A DNA stretch of 56,736 nucleotides, the filler included, from Dimargaris cristalligena (Eukaryota): NCBI GenBank assembly GCA_003614675.1. It is 4 parts of 4 records of this genome, joined end to end, with 100 filler letters (N's around TTAATTAATTAA, not from the genome) between each part and the next. Parts side by side here need not be neighbours in the genome. Positions count along the whole stretch, not along the records: positions 1 to 14,117 come from ML002963.1; 3 more parts are not named here. One strand, given 5' to 3'. Each line of letters starts with the position of its first letter. The stretch's first letter is position 1. Under the pieces are notes generated by a model. It had not been told where the DNA came from, searched no databases, and saw nothing but the letters and a program-made list of their open reading frames with translations. Below are positions 1-11,849 of this stretch, piece after piece. The position numbers were made by a program, and so were the translations under genes.

Positions 1-63
1 ATTAATAAAGAAATACTGCGGTTAACTAACTAGTCTCAGTACCTGTCACAACAAAAATAACTA

Positions 64-135
64 TCCGATATGGTCCAATGGTTAGGATTTCGCGCTTTCA
101 CCGCGACGGCCGGGGTTCGATTCCCCGTATCGGAG
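64..135 (+). tRNA. tRNA-Glu (anticodon TTC), intronless
   Basis: Acceptor stem TCCGATA/TATCGGA plus discriminator G. Anticodon stem TCGCG/CGCGA with loop CT-TTC-AC (TTC at 97-99). T-loop GGTTCGATTCC. 72 nt long. Confidence 0.97.
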
Positions 136-139
136 TTAA

Positions 140-150
140 TTTTTTGTTTT
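140..150 (+). terminator. RNA polymerase III oligo-T terminator of the tRNA
   Basis: T6 run followed by GTTTT, starting 5 nt after the tRNA 3' end. Confidence 0.75.
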
Positions 151-366
151 ACTCCCGCTCGGGTTCTATGTCCGATGGATATTTATTCCCCTACATTACT
201 CTTATCCAACGCATTATATTTTGCCAGTGGACAATTAAATCAATTCAGTTCTAAATATGTTTGGGATGTTTATTCTTAACGAAAGGAGAGGAGGAGGATG
301 AGAATGCCTTGGCCACTTATAGAGTTGGATATTAGAGTGAAAGTATATATATATACTTATATATCA

Positions 367-2328
367 TCAACCGACTGAATTATGTACTAAATGAGTTTTG
401 GTCATGGCTGGTGATGACCGCATAGCTAGTTTGGGCGCTTTGTGGGAAATGATTTTTGGGGCCAGGGGAGTAGGACCAAGCGAGGAAGAAGGAGGTGGTG
501 GTGGTGAAGATGTGTCATGATCGAGTAACCGATTTGGCGGCCGGGGGTGAATCCGCTGGTGCAGGGCCTGGTGAGAACTCGGGAAGTCCCCGCCCCCATT
601 CAGCGACATCGACGACCCGGATGACCGGTGTTTACGAGGAGAGCGATAATCACTTGCAGCGGCAGTAGTAGTAGTTAGGGTTTTCGGGTGCCGATGACCG
701 CCGGAACTGCTGGAATGCCGCGACCGACTATTACCGATGGGAGCCACTGATTCGCTGTCACTTTCACTTTCGTAAACGGGTAGAGCAGCGAGTCGTTCGA
801 CACTGAGGGGAATTTCGGTTAACACGTGGGGGGAAATGTCGAGGGAGAATAAAATGTCGGAGAGGCGTAGGGTAGTTTGGGTGGGGTGAAGCATTCCCGG
901 TACCGCGGTCCGTGGGACTGGGGAAGTGGTGGTGGTGGTAATGGTGGAGGTGGTGGCATTAGAAGTGGTGGTGGTGGTGGTAGGAGTAGCCACAGGGTCC
1001 AAATGAGCGGCGGTGAGGGGCGATGCATTAGAGGCTGGGACGGGCACGGAGGGTGACGAGGTGGCGACTGTGGTAGTCGGTGCTAAAAGCCCGGCGGTTA
1101 AACCATTCAGGGCCGTGACCCCGGTACCATTGGTCATTATTGGCGGACGGTGAACATGCTGCGGTTCTAAACCAAGGGCCAAGCCCGGGGATGTGGATGC
1201 AATGATTGGGGTAGTAGCAGCAGCACTGGGTTTCGGAGCGCCAACCCCGCTTCCAGCCACTGAAGTAAGGTCAGGCGACAAAGAAGCCGCAGAGGATGGG
1301 GCAGTTTCCGTACGAATCCCAAATGTACGATTCGATCGGATTTTGGTAATACAATTGGATACCACATTACGCAGATGAGCGTCGAGCCCCAATAAAATAA
1401 TTTCGATACATTCGTTCGTCACTCCGTCAACCAACCCGTGTTCCAAACTAATGGCAGTCAATCGGTCCCGCAGGGCATCAACGGGGGGGATACCCATATG
1501 GTCCGAACAAAGCGGGGCCTGGACGCCACGGGCATAGTCGGCCACGGTGGTGGGCAGTAACTGGTCCATCGGGATGGGTAGAATAGGCCGCCGACCGGCT
1601 TGGCAAGTTTCGGGGGGAAGCAGTAAAGGGGGAGGCGGGGGTAATAAGGAACCGGCCCTCATGAGCGTAGAGTCCCCCCCGACCCCATCGGATTTATGAT
1701 ACAGCTGGCGAAGCATGCGCCGGTCCGTTTTACTCATGGACTTGAGGAGGTTCTTTAGTTTCTGTCGACGATTTGCCTGTTGCTGGGCGATATTAATGAC
1801 CTGGTCGTCCCCTGCTGCTGCTTCTGCCGCTGTCGTTCCTAGGGGTTGGTTCGGGTCAGTAGTGTTACCTGACAAAAGGGCCAGGGTAGCCGACAAAGGA
1901 CCACCACCCCCTTCGGCTCCCGCCACCGCGGCATGGGGGTGAAGGTACCTCCGCCCTTCCCCCCCTCCACCGCCGCCCGGCCAACCGTTAATCCCTCCTA
2001 GCAACGGGTCATCGTGGCGGCGCTTACGGGACCATTCCACGGGACGGTGGGTCGCGTCCAAAGGTGGGGGTACGTCGTCCCGGTGAGCGTTATGAATAGT
2101 GGCTAGGATGAAGGCATTGTGGAGATAGACGTGGGCGGCCGGAATGTAGAGATGGGCGTAGAAATCGAATTCCTGCCGGTTGAGTTTGCCCGTGACGAAT
2201 TCGGTCAGGGCCTTCCAGTAGAGGGGACCATTGTCGCCTAGCGCGTCGGCTAACTGTTGCTTGATGGTGACGAGGTCTTTGCGACGGGAGGCTTCCGGGG
2301 CAGCCGTGGTGGTGGTGTTGAGTGGCAT
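367..2328 (-). CDS. HFI1: SAGA complex subunit Ada1/Hfi1 (SAGA-Tad1 family), about 653 aa
   Basis: N-terminal 'IKQQLADALGDNGPLYWKALTEFVTGKLNRQEFD...LHNAFILA' and a histone-fold-like segment 'LRDRLTAISLEHGL..GVT.ECIEIILLGLDAHLRNVV' are typical of Ada1. Start placed at MPLNTT (2328); the upstream 72 codons of the ORF are pyrimidine-rich UTR-like sequence. Confidence 0.85.
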   Translation of the reverse strand: MPLNTTTTAAPEASRRKDLVTIKQQLADALGDNGPLYWKALTEFVTGKLNRQEFDFYAHLYIPAAHVYLHNAFILATIHNAHRDDVPPPLDATHRPVEWSRKRRHDDPLLGGINGWPGGGGGGEGRRYLHPHAAVAGAEGGGGPLSATLALLSGNTTDPNQPLGTTAAEAAAGDDQVINIAQQQANRRQKLKNLLKSMSKTDRRMLRQLYHKSDGVGGDSTLMRAGSLLPPPPPLLLPPETCQAGRRPILPIPMDQLLPTTVADYARGVQAPLCSDHMGIPPVDALRDRLTAISLEHGLVDGVTNECIEIILLGLDAHLRNVVSNCITKIRSNRTFGIRTETAPSSAASLSPDLTSVAGSGVGAPKPSAAATTPIIASTSPGLALGLEPQHVHRPPIMTNGTGVTALNGLTAGLLAPTTTVATSSPSVPVPASNASPLTAAHLDPVATPTTTTTTSNATTSTITTTTTSPVPRTAVPGMLHPTQTTLRLSDILFSLDISPHVLTEIPLSVERLAALPVYESESDSESVAPIGNSRSRHSSSSGGHRHPKTLTTTTAAASDYRSPRKHRSSGSSMSLNGGGDFPSSHQALHQRIHPRPPNRLLDHDTSSPPPPPSSSLGPTPLAPKIISHKAPKLAMRSSPAMTKTHLVHNSVG

Positions 2329-3286
2329 GGAGGCCGACGGAGGGAGGGGGAGGGCGGTAATGTACAGGGCAGTGGAAAAAGCAAAGTAGAATAATAAAAA
2401 TAAACCTATATAATGTAATATAAAAAGGAGGGGAGACGAATAAGAGAATAGATAATAGAGTTGGGGAAAATTCAATAAAAGTAAGGAAAAGAAAGGGTAA
2501 ACAGGAGAATAGGGGGGGAAATCACCTCCCAAAGAACAGAACATTAATAGGCTCGGAACAGGGAAACAAAGGATTGGACAAATAGTAGTATGACCCTCCG
2601 TTTGCCTACTATGGCTATAGCTTTCCTAACAGGTATTGGAATTGACGAAGCCTTGTTGTTTGTGAGTTCGTGTGGGTGAGTAGTAGTGAGGGTGTGTTTC
2701 TTCCCTCTAGCCCCACTATAGCCAAAAGAAGAGAGATTTCCTATACTCCTTGAATTAGACGGAGATTCTCTAGAATATAAAGGTTCTTAAAGCGGCGTGC
2801 TTAACAAAGCGCAATGTCAACCCGAATATAAAGGAAAGGAAGTATTATATATTCGGGTAAGTTTGAAACTGCCTAGTGAAAACCACTACGGCGTTCCTTC
2901 AGTATGGGCGGCCCTCAAGCTGGGAGGGAGCAACTCGAACGTTCTATACTGTACGTCACTTGTGCTTGGCTCAGCGCGTTCCGCTTGCCTTTTACCGCCC
3001 CCCCTCCTTCCCCGCCATACGTTCTCACCTGCTTTATATTACGCCTAATTGACCAACAGAGTCTCGCTTTAACACATTTATATATCCTTGACCTGTTTAG
3101 GCCCTTGCTTATACTACTTCCTTTCCATCATCCCCGTCTTTTGGCTGTACTCTCCTATTGACACTTCTCCCATTCCTTATTGTGAGGCACTCTGTTCATA
3201 GCAGCCATCACACACCCTTCTTGGCCCCCCTTCCCTCCTCCAACTCTCTCACATAATACTTCCATTTATATATATACTCACACACC

Positions 3287-4477
3287 ATGCCTGAGATTAC
3301 TATTTCCATCAAGAGTTCCAACGAGTCCGCTTTTCCCGTCACTTTTGACCCGGAAACCACCACCGTTGAGCAACTCAAAGCCAAAGTGGCCGAGTCGTCA
3401 GATACCCCGCCCGACCGCCAACGTCTCATTTACTCGGGCCGCGTTCTGAAGGACCATGAACTCATGTCCAGCTATAAAATCGCCGATAGTCACACCATCC
3501 ACCTGGTGAAAGGCAGTAGTAGGGCGGCGCCCCCTTCCGCATCGGTTTCGGCGGGTCGTGGCGATAGCGCCGCTTCGACCGCAGCACCCCTCGGTGGTGG
3601 TGCTTCGGCCGCCCAGGAAAATCCTCTGGAAGCTTATATGCGTAGTATGGCCATGAACCCTCCCCCGTCTATGGGTGGGGCCGGCGGTGGCGGTCTCCCC
3701 CCATTCGGCGGAGGGTTTGGCGCCGGTGCGGGTGCCGGAGCTGGTGGTTTACCCCCGTTTATGGGGGCCGGCGGAGGCGCGCCCAGCATGGAACAGATGA
3801 ATGCTATCATGTCCGACCCCCACTACCGCCAAATGATGGAACAGGTATTCAGCAATCCCCAGATTATGGAGAGTATGCTCAATTCACCCCAAATGGCCGG
3901 TATGATGACCCCCGCGATGCGCCAGATGATGTCGGACCCCGAGTTCATGCGATCCATCATGGACCCGGGCTTTATGCGGGGTATGATGGCCCTGCAGGGT
4001 CTCCAAGGCATGGGTGGGGGGGCCAACCCTAACCCCTTCGGTGGGGCCGGGGCAGGCGGTAACTTATATAACCCCTGGGCGTCGACTGCGGCCTCCACTT
4101 CCCCCCCGACTTCGAACACGTCCGGGCACGATAATAACAACAGCAGTCCGAATTCGAACTTCAGCGGAACCTCCCCTAACCCCGCGTCACCCAACCACCG
4201 GGGCAACGACCCTTCGGCGGCCCTCGCTAATAACCCCTTCCTGGCCCTTCTGAACCCCGCCCTGGCCGCGGGATTCAACCCCGGGAGTGGTGCAGCCATG
4301 GGCACATCCCCCAACCCCGCCGCGACCCAGGAACCCCCCGAAGTGCGGTTTCAGGTGCAGCTGCAGCAGCTCAACGAAATGGGATTCTACGACGCTTCCC
4401 AGAATATCCGGGCCCTGCTCGCATCAGGTGGGGATGTCAATGCCGCTTTGGAATATCTGTTCGCGCAGCACCCATAA
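3287..4477 (+). CDS. DSK2: Ubiquilin/Dsk2 (UBL, Met-rich STI1 region, UBA)
   Basis: N-terminal UBL (QRLIYSGRVLKD...TIHLVK), Met-rich STI1-like repeats, C-terminal UBA (PPEVRFQVQLQQLNEMGFYD...ALLASGGDVNAALEYL). Confidence 0.95.
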   Translation: MPEITISIKSSNESAFPVTFDPETTTVEQLKAKVAESSDTPPDRQRLIYSGRVLKDHELMSSYKIADSHTIHLVKGSSRAAPPSASVSAGRGDSAASTAAPLGGGASAAQENPLEAYMRSMAMNPPPSMGGAGGGGLPPFGGGFGAGAGAGAGGLPPFMGAGGGAPSMEQMNAIMSDPHYRQMMEQVFSNPQIMESMLNSPQMAGMMTPAMRQMMSDPEFMRSIMDPGFMRGMMALQGLQGMGGGANPNPFGGAGAGGNLYNPWASTAASTSPPTSNTSGHDNNNSSPNSNFSGTSPNPASPNHRGNDPSAALANNPFLALLNPALAAGFNPGSGAAMGTSPNPAATQEPPEVRFQVQLQQLNEMGFYDASQNIRALLASGGDVNAALEYLFAQHP

Positions 4478-5062
4478 TTGTACCACTGCACTTTCTCCCG
4501 TTCTCTCCCCCCAACGCTCGACCGAGCTAATTACCAAACTTGATTAGAGCAAGTAAGGCCTAGAAAAGGAAGCGCGGGGTAAGCAATCTGACCTTCACAT
4601 GTCGTCCCAATGGTATTGCGGTAGTTTTAGGTTGCTGTATCCAGCGAGCCCATTCGCCCATACACCTTCTCCTCGTTACTCGCACAGGTTCCCTTCCTCG
4701 ATGGGGAACTACTAAACATACTGTCTGCCCTACGCGGATTACAATATTCGATTTTTTTTACCATCATCGCCATACTGACTTATCCGATCCAACTGTAATT
4801 GTGTTGTTGTTTTTTTCCACATATCCACTATATTATTATTATTATTTGCTTTGATTGACCTCGCCTCGTTTAATAAATGATTAAAGTTTATATACACCCA
4901 TCTATAAATACGTATGGCTGATTAACTATAGTCGGCCGAGCCCGGGGTTTTATGGGACTGGGTCGACGGTTCGGCTAGCCATCCGATAAGCCGAAGTTTG
5001 CCCTCCAGACTCAAACCCGAATATTGCGGGAAAAGCAAATGATTAAAATAGATGATGGGTGG

Positions 5063-5872
5063 TTAAGCAAACTCGGACATCAAAATACCCCGAATGCACC
5101 GGTTCGTGGCCAGATGCGGGTTAATTTGCAGCAACATGATCTGCCGGTCCTCCGGCAACATCTCCAATAAAGACGTTACGGAGTACTGGTAAATGGCCAA
5201 AGGTTCGGCGTGGAACCGGGCCAGGGCGGGCACGGACTCCCGGTAAACGACCCATAATTCAAACTGGTTCAATAAAGCGGAATCCACATTGCGAACCAGA
5301 TTCCACCGGCGATTACGAAGGTAATATTGATCAGTGGGTAGCTGTTTAGAACCAGCCGAAGGGACAATGGAGGCGGGAAGGTTGGATTCGAAATAGTGCG
5401 TGACGTCGTCGGTGGACAAGGGAGGACAGTTGGGCGGCCCTTGATGATGGGGTGACTCGCCCTGGTCGTGATCATGGCCGTGGTCGTTACCGTCGGCCTC
5501 GTCCTGATCGCTACCATCGCTCGTGCTAGTATCGTCACTGGAGTCTTCCACCCCGCTGTCACCTTCACTCTCATTATCTCCGAATTCCGCTTCACTGTCC
5601 GTATCATCATCATCGTTGTTGCCGATATTATCATAGGAATAGGCTTGTTTATGGTAAGTAACGAAGGACACCATCCCCTGGAGCGGGTCGAGAGTCGAGA
5701 CCGGGCCCGGTTTATAGAGGGGTTGGTGCGTATGACCCGGGAGAGCCGGGAAAGAACGGTGACTGATATCATCCATTTGGGCTAAACTCGACGGAGTGAA
5801 CACCGGGCCGGCGTAGGTAGTATTGGCCATTACGGCCAATAGAAATAAATGACGGGTACTGAACTGGACCAT
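5063..5872 (-). CDS. Putative secreted protein of unknown function, 269 aa, with an acidic and His-rich tract
   Basis: ATG-initiated ORF with a signal-peptide-like N-terminus (MVQFSTRHLFLLAVMANTTYA-GP). TATA-like TATAAAAG on the minus strand about 130 nt upstream. No family recognised. Confidence 0.7.
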   Translation of the reverse strand: MVQFSTRHLFLLAVMANTTYAGPVFTPSSLAQMDDISHRSFPALPGHTHQPLYKPGPVSTLDPLQGMVSFVTYHKQAYSYDNIGNNDDDDTDSEAEFGDNESEGDSGVEDSSDDTSTSDGSDQDEADGNDHGHDHDQGESPHHQGPPNCPPLSTDDVTHYFESNLPASIVPSAGSKQLPTDQYYLRNRRWNLVRNVDSALLNQFELWVVYRESVPALARFHAEPLAIYQYSVTSLLEMLPEDRQIMLLQINPHLATNRCIRGILMSEFA

Positions 5873-8800
5873 GTTGAAATTTGATAAATGGTACTCGATA
5901 AGAGAATAATCGGGTGGGTGAGTTAAGGGTGTTGGATAGGAGCGTAGGAACTACAGAATGACTGGGGTTTAAAGTCGGTAGGGGTTAACCGAAGGGTGCC
6001 CTTTTATATCTTTGGGATATAATGGGTAAGAAGGCTTGGCCTTTAGCATGTGTTAATAAATAAATTTTTTAAAAAAAACGACCTTATGCAATGCCAAACT
6101 ACCTACAACGAAGGGAAGCGGGAGTGTATTCCTACATCGCCCACCATCAACACCACTTCTAATAGAACCCCGATGGCCCCATTTGGGGAGTATCGGGACA
6201 CTCTCTCAGCCACTCCCAAACCACAGGTCCTCTCCCCTCTCTCCTCTGCGAAGACAATTAAGCAAATGTGACAATGACCCTCTATCAAGGAACAGCCAAG
6301 TCACAATGTAGGACAATTCGGCGTTTTTCGGCAGTGGCTTTGACTGGCACACCCTTCAACTTCTCGACCCATTCACTCAGACAGTCACAGCGCAAACTAA
6401 AAAGGCAGTCCTCCAATATATTAGTACCACCCCCATCACCACCGCTTTTAAATATGTCATTATAGGCGGGAGTCGACTGGGTACAGGCAACATTCCATTT
6501 ACCCAGCTGTTTCTCTCTCTCCCTTGCAATGTCAGAAACTTAACGGCACCTCATTGAAAAGGTTTCCATGGTGTGCAACCATTTTATGGTGACGAGTGTA
6601 TGAATGAGGAACATCTCCACACTCGAAGAGTCGCCGACATCAACGGGGTAGACGAAGAACGGGGAGGAGGAGAGGGTGGGGAGCAGCGACTCTCTTGTTT
6701 AAAAAAAGCAGTCGAGGGAGCCTGGTTGTACGGCGAATAGAAGCTCTATTTTGTCACCCGACATTAAGCCATTTCTAACCAGACGACCGTCGTCTCATCT
6801 GTATTACCATCTGTCACTACTTGTTCCACCCTGCGTTTGGGAAAATGCACCACTTCCCTCGCCTCGCCCACCTTTCATGAAGTGCGGGAAGGGGAGGGGT
6901 GGGTTAAGGTCGCCCTAACTGAGATGAGCGACTATATTTTTAAACCGGTGAAAGTGGTGCCACCGTTTCGAGTAGGTGAATCAGAGTGGTATGGCCATAT
7001 AAGGCAAACTGCCCCAGAGACTCGAATGCCACTGAGACGGCGGCCAAAAAATAAATAAATAAAAAACAACCGACCATTTGCCTGCCTGGTTCAAACTAGG
7101 AAATGGTGGAGGAGGTGCGGGCTTGAATCTTTAACCAATGTGACTTACCTTAATTCCCTTTTCCGGTATTATCACCCGATTAGGTGTGGGGGCGATGGTA
7201 GCTCCACTTCCACCGCGAGGCCGCTATACTTAACATTGGGCATCCTCCACCTATGGTGTGTTTATTATTAAGTTACACGTTATAATCGATGACGGTAATA
7301 AAAATGGGGAGGAGGGGGTCAAGTGCAACTTATTACAACGTCACCAAAAAGGAAGAGTAATCTACCAATTTTGGCAATGCCCCGCTCCTTAATAGGAATA
7401 GCACATGCCTCGTGTATATCGCTTCTACCCAGGTTTCTGGTTTATTAGGGTCACATGACTACTTGCCACCATTTGTAAGAAATTTGTCAGTGGTTGATGA
7501 GGACGGGGCAATAGCTGGTATAGTAGTAGTGGGTAGGGGGAATTCCTATTTTCCGAAGAGGGCGAAAAAAAAACCTCGCACACACACTAGTGGTGGGCTG
7601 GCTAATTGTAAAAATTTTATCAAGCGTTTCTGGGGGAGAAAGGCCACCCCTTCCCCTCTTTATCTATGCCCCTGATCCACTAGCAAGAGTGGTATAAATT
7701 TGCTTACAATGATAGCCTCATCTTTCTAACCGCTATGTTTGATTATTATTTTTTGTAAATTTAGTTCTGTATAGTTTACCATCCAAGAATATTGGTCTCC
7801 CAAAAAGGTAAGCAGCACTCTCCCCTTACCCTCTGTGCACTATTGATTTAAAATGAATGGCCTTCCGCTGATGATACCGATTTTTATACATGCATGGCTT
7901 TCGTACGGGCGTGAAACACCCTTATGGCGAGATGTATCATATACTGAGGATTCCATATAAACCTTTGTCGGTTGAGCGATCGAGTTTTAATAACCATTGA
8001 ACTAATCCAACCCTCTACGTTGTTTTTTCATCCATAATGGTTGACTTATCCCAGAGCGATAGAGGACTGCGCGCCCCGGAAATATTGTACTGTCCGCTTA
8101 GGAAATTGGACGGACGCCCTATTATTGAGATGGTTTATGTATTATTAAATAAATGCAGTGATTAACCTATTCTGCTTGGTATATGTCTCTTTATGGGGGA
8201 GGCTGGTGCTCAGTGGGTCATTGGGATAAGTAAAACTGGCGAGGGGGATAACGGAGGACCGGTGGTCGTTCAAGTATTACCAGTGGGGTGGGGCGAGGGG
8301 GCATGTGAGGGGCTAGAGATGAGGCGGTTAGTGGAACAATCACCCCGGCCCCCCTTTAACTAGCCCGTTGTTGTTGGGGGTGATACACAGACAAGCCTGC
8401 CAATTACATTATTGGTGAGTGGCTCCTCGGTACATGGTCCGCTGATTTTGTTAGTGTCTAGAAGGGCTGGTGAAACTAAAAAATATTATTATTATGCTAA
8501 GCCACATCCTCCGTTCAAACTACGGTACGCGAACTCTATAGGAGATTATCCAATTGTGAACAAGCGGTAGGACGGGAATGGATCAGGGAATGTACCTCCT
8601 GAGCCTCGTATACTTTTAAGGTGAAACATCTGGACGGCGGAGTCCACATCCCCCCTTCCTAACTTGCGAAGAAGAAACAGGGGAGGGACAAGGCGGTGTG
8701 TGTGGTCGTATATCCCAGTTAGATGTGCAGCAACAAGGGGGTTTATTAAGTATAGGGGGGGCACAATGTATTATATGTAGGTAAATTATGTAAGTGGTGG

Positions 8801-9141
8801 TATGATAAAATGCCAGAGCAAAAACAGAAGAGGGTGGTTGGGGGGGGACTTAGAACGCGGGTTACTAAGGGAAACGTAGAGAAACAGCGGTCGAGTTAAT
8901 AGGACTCGACTTCAAATACAGGTGGAGAAAGAGAGATCAATAACAAACTGAAATAGATGTATCAAAAATAAAGGAGGGGGATGAAACGGTCTATCCACTG
9001 ATTGGATGGTGAGAAAGAATTATTGCATTTAGAGGTGGAAAGGAGTAGGTGAATGAAGACATGGAGGGATGCACCCAAACGGTATTTCATACACACACAG
9101 GAACATGCGTCTAGGCAACACGGGAGGGATGGTAGATAAAC

Positions 9142-9741
9142 TTAGAACTGGTGGATGCACATGAGCAGACTGGCCAGCACGGCCACGAAGGCCACGTTAA
9201 CGGTGGTGGAGAAGGCGGCATTGTCAAAGACATCGACGGTGGAGTCCGAGTCGGAGGTATCTTCGTCGATGGTGGTGGGGACTTCCTGGGTAACGTTTCC
9301 GGCGAAGGGATCGTTGATGGCGGAGCAGTCCTTCTGACAGTTCTGCTGGCAGATGGTATCGCCGTTCTTGCAGGTCTTCTGCTGGCAATCCTGAACGCTC
9401 TGGATACACGAGTAGTAGACGACGGGGAAGGTGTAGGTGTTGCTGTCGGGCTGCTGGTTGTTCTTGCACAGGCACTCGTAGGTGAGGGACTTGTAGTCGC
9501 AGGTGGCGGTCTTGGCGGACGAGGTCATATTCAAGCACACGTTGGTACAGAACTGGTTGTTTTGGTTGCACCACGACTTCTTCACGGCGTCACTAACGGT
9601 GGTGGTGGCGGAGGCCTTGGGGGCAGCGGCGCTGGTCTTGGTGGCGGCAACGTGAGTGCTGGACGAGGCGTCCTGGGCCAGGGCGGCGGTGGGGAGGAGC
9701 AGGGCACAGACGGCCGAGAGGATGAGGAGATGGAGCTTCAT
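9142..9741 (-). CDS. Cys-rich GPI-anchored cell-surface protein, 199 aa (resembles the fungal DUF7707-type WC..C..C..C..CxC domain)
   Basis: Signal peptide MKLHLLILSAVCALLLPTAALA, Ser/Thr/Ala linker, 12-Cys domain, then a candidate omega site (NAA) and a hydrophobic C-terminus. Strong C-ending codon bias. The family name is from memory, not a search. Confidence 0.85.
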   Translation of the reverse strand: MKLHLLILSAVCALLLPTAALAQDASSSTHVAATKTSAAAPKASATTTVSDAVKKSWCNQNNQFCTNVCLNMTSSAKTATCDYKSLTYECLCKNNQQPDSNTYTFPVVYYSCIQSVQDCQQKTCKNGDTICQQNCQKDCSAINDPFAGNVTQEVPTTIDEDTSDSDSTVDVFDNAAFSTTVNVAFVAVLASLLMCIHQF

Positions 9742-10942
9742 GGCTGTGATTGTGGAGGGGAGGGTAACAGAATAGAGTGATACTATGTAAACAGGGCAAT
9801 TCCAACAAGTAGAGATATGCACAGTAGCAAAGACAGACAATCACAAACGAACAGAGACAGAAAGACAGACAGACACACACACACACACACACGGAGTTAA
9901 AGTGAAGAAAGGGGCGGGGAAAGAAACAAGCGCAGGCAAGGGGAAGGACGGGCCCGGGGGTTGTTATATAAGAGGCTGGCCCGGGTGTGGATGTCCTCTA
10001 CAAACCACTACACCCCCCCCCCTTCCTTCCTATATGCGCATACACACAAGGTGAAGCACACTGACGGCCGCTGATTGGTCCCACACCTTTATTAAAAATC
10101 CTATGAGAAAAGAAGATTCAATAATATCCCGCGCATACATTACATTCCCCACAAGCAGTTGTTCCAATGAGCAGCAACCATTGAGAGTATCATTTGATTC
10201 TTCAGAGCCATTTTTTCTCTCCCTTACCGCCTGCCAACCCCAGCAATCAATCTGACTGGTGATTATTGTGATTAAACTGGCTGTTACAGGCCAAGCTAGT
10301 TCTTACTCCCCAGGGTTCTCTTGGTCAATCTGGCGCGACGCAGGCTGGCTGAACTTGAGTCAGCTTTCTCAAAACCTTCAGTGGGAGGGCATATACGTGA
10401 GTGTGTGAGGTGCGGCCGAGCTAACGAGCAACGGCGAGGGGGGATGCACACTTCAAACTGTCCCATTCGGACCAGATCGGCCGCTGCCGGACAATCCTCT
10501 CTGTCTTCTACTTATCCCCCATCCTCACTGGCCGGATTGGCAAGTGAATGGCACATAATTATATAATTAGATAGATAAATAATGGGAGGCGCGAATACAA
10601 CGTATATGCCCCTTGTTCGCATTATAAGCGCACCGCTGACGGTGTACCCAACCCCGACTGCGTTCCATGCAACAACACTCACTTCCGCATACCCACACAC
10701 CCGCTTTTATTTTATTTTTCAAAATGGGAATCCCGTTCTTCCTAACTTAACCTGCCTCCCCCATCGAACCAAGGTGTGGGAGCAACGGGGGTCTGTGGTG
10801 TGTACTGCCGAGTTTACACGGCCACTGTCGCATGGGGGAGAAGATATGGGGTGGTTCGCAAGGTACGTAGGTGGGCAGGGCCCCTATACCAGGCGATGGC
10901 CCATGTGCAGTCGCCAATTTTGGCAGTCGGCGGTCGGTCAAA

Positions 10943-11086
10943 ATATGGGTGAAGTTCAGCTTGGTTGTATAAGGCTTTAACTGTTATGCGTATGGGAAAA
11001 TCGGTGGGATATTTATTTTCAACCAGTAGTATTTGCCTCATCAAATGGATTTTTCGTTATACAGCCTTGTTGAACTACTCCCATAT
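10943..11086 (+). mobile_element. MITE family A, copy 1 (144 bp, about 30-bp imperfect TIRs)
   Basis: ATATGGGTGAAGTTCAGCTTGGTTGTATAA ... TTATACAGCCTTGTTGAACTACTCCCATAT. Internal sequence is shared with the other three copies. Confidence 0.85.
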
Positions 11087-11705
11087 CCAAATAAAAAGAT
11101 CAGATCCGTGCCTTCAATTCATCTATAAACTAAAGCCGCGTCATCGCCGTCTCCGGCCCGTCCATCCATAGGAGAACCCCTCAAGGCAAATAATCACCAC
11201 ATTCCCCGACCCTTAGTATACCCTCATTTCACCCCAGGTTTACATTTACATATCCACCCTTAGTAATGCATATTTAGTCAGGGTCACCGGCAGGAGGCCC
11301 TCCCCCTTCTTTTGAACATACCTGCTGGGGTAGGCAGTCCACCGCCCAATTGACCAAGGGGGGCTACATATGGGTAAACTATAGTCGGATGGCCCAAAGC
11401 GCAGAAACCTTCCCGTCTCTTCCCATCTCTTAGTACCTACTTTGCACAGTTTCCAATCCAAAATTCGATTACTATAATACAATATACCCCCTCGTATATA
11501 TATATATATACATATATAGATAGATAGATATGCCTATATTTGCTACGGGCCGCCACGCCCCTTGGGAAATAGGTGAATGCTGTCCGCTATTATTAGCCAG
11601 CTCATGTGCAAGGGCCCCAAAGTAAAGGTGATTGTTCGATATTTTTAGGACATGAGAAATGTCACCATTTCCCGGAAGCCTTGATTGGATGGCGCCGCCA
11701 TCGCC

Positions 11706-11849
11706 GCATGGGAGTAGTTCATCCAAGCTGTATAACGAAAAACCCATTAGATTCGGCTAATATTACTAGTTAAAAATAAATTTCCCATATATTCTCCCAT
11801 ACACATATAATGCAAACCCTTATATAGCTGGGCTGAATTTCACCCACAT
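11706..11849 (-). mobile_element. MITE family A, copy 2 (opposite orientation)
   Basis: ATGGGAGTAGTTCATCCAAGCTGTATAACGAAAAACCCATT ... TATATAGCTGGGCTGAATTTCACCCACAT. Reverse-complement match to copy 1, same length. Confidence 0.85.

Noticed and set aside
4926-4993. Possible second short repeat family (CTATAGTCGG / GCCATCCGA motifs, echoes near 11379, 25500 and 44745)
   Set aside because: Matches are too short and inconsistent to define boundaries by eye; needs a self-BLAST.
8890-8910. Hairpin GTCGAGT-N7-ACTCGAC (and GTGACC-G-GGTCAC near 14009)
   Set aside because: Isolated 6-7 bp stems are expected by chance in 57 kb.
9151-9780. 209-aa Gly/Val/Leu-rich ORF on the + strand
   Set aside because: Antisense shadow of the GPI-protein gene.
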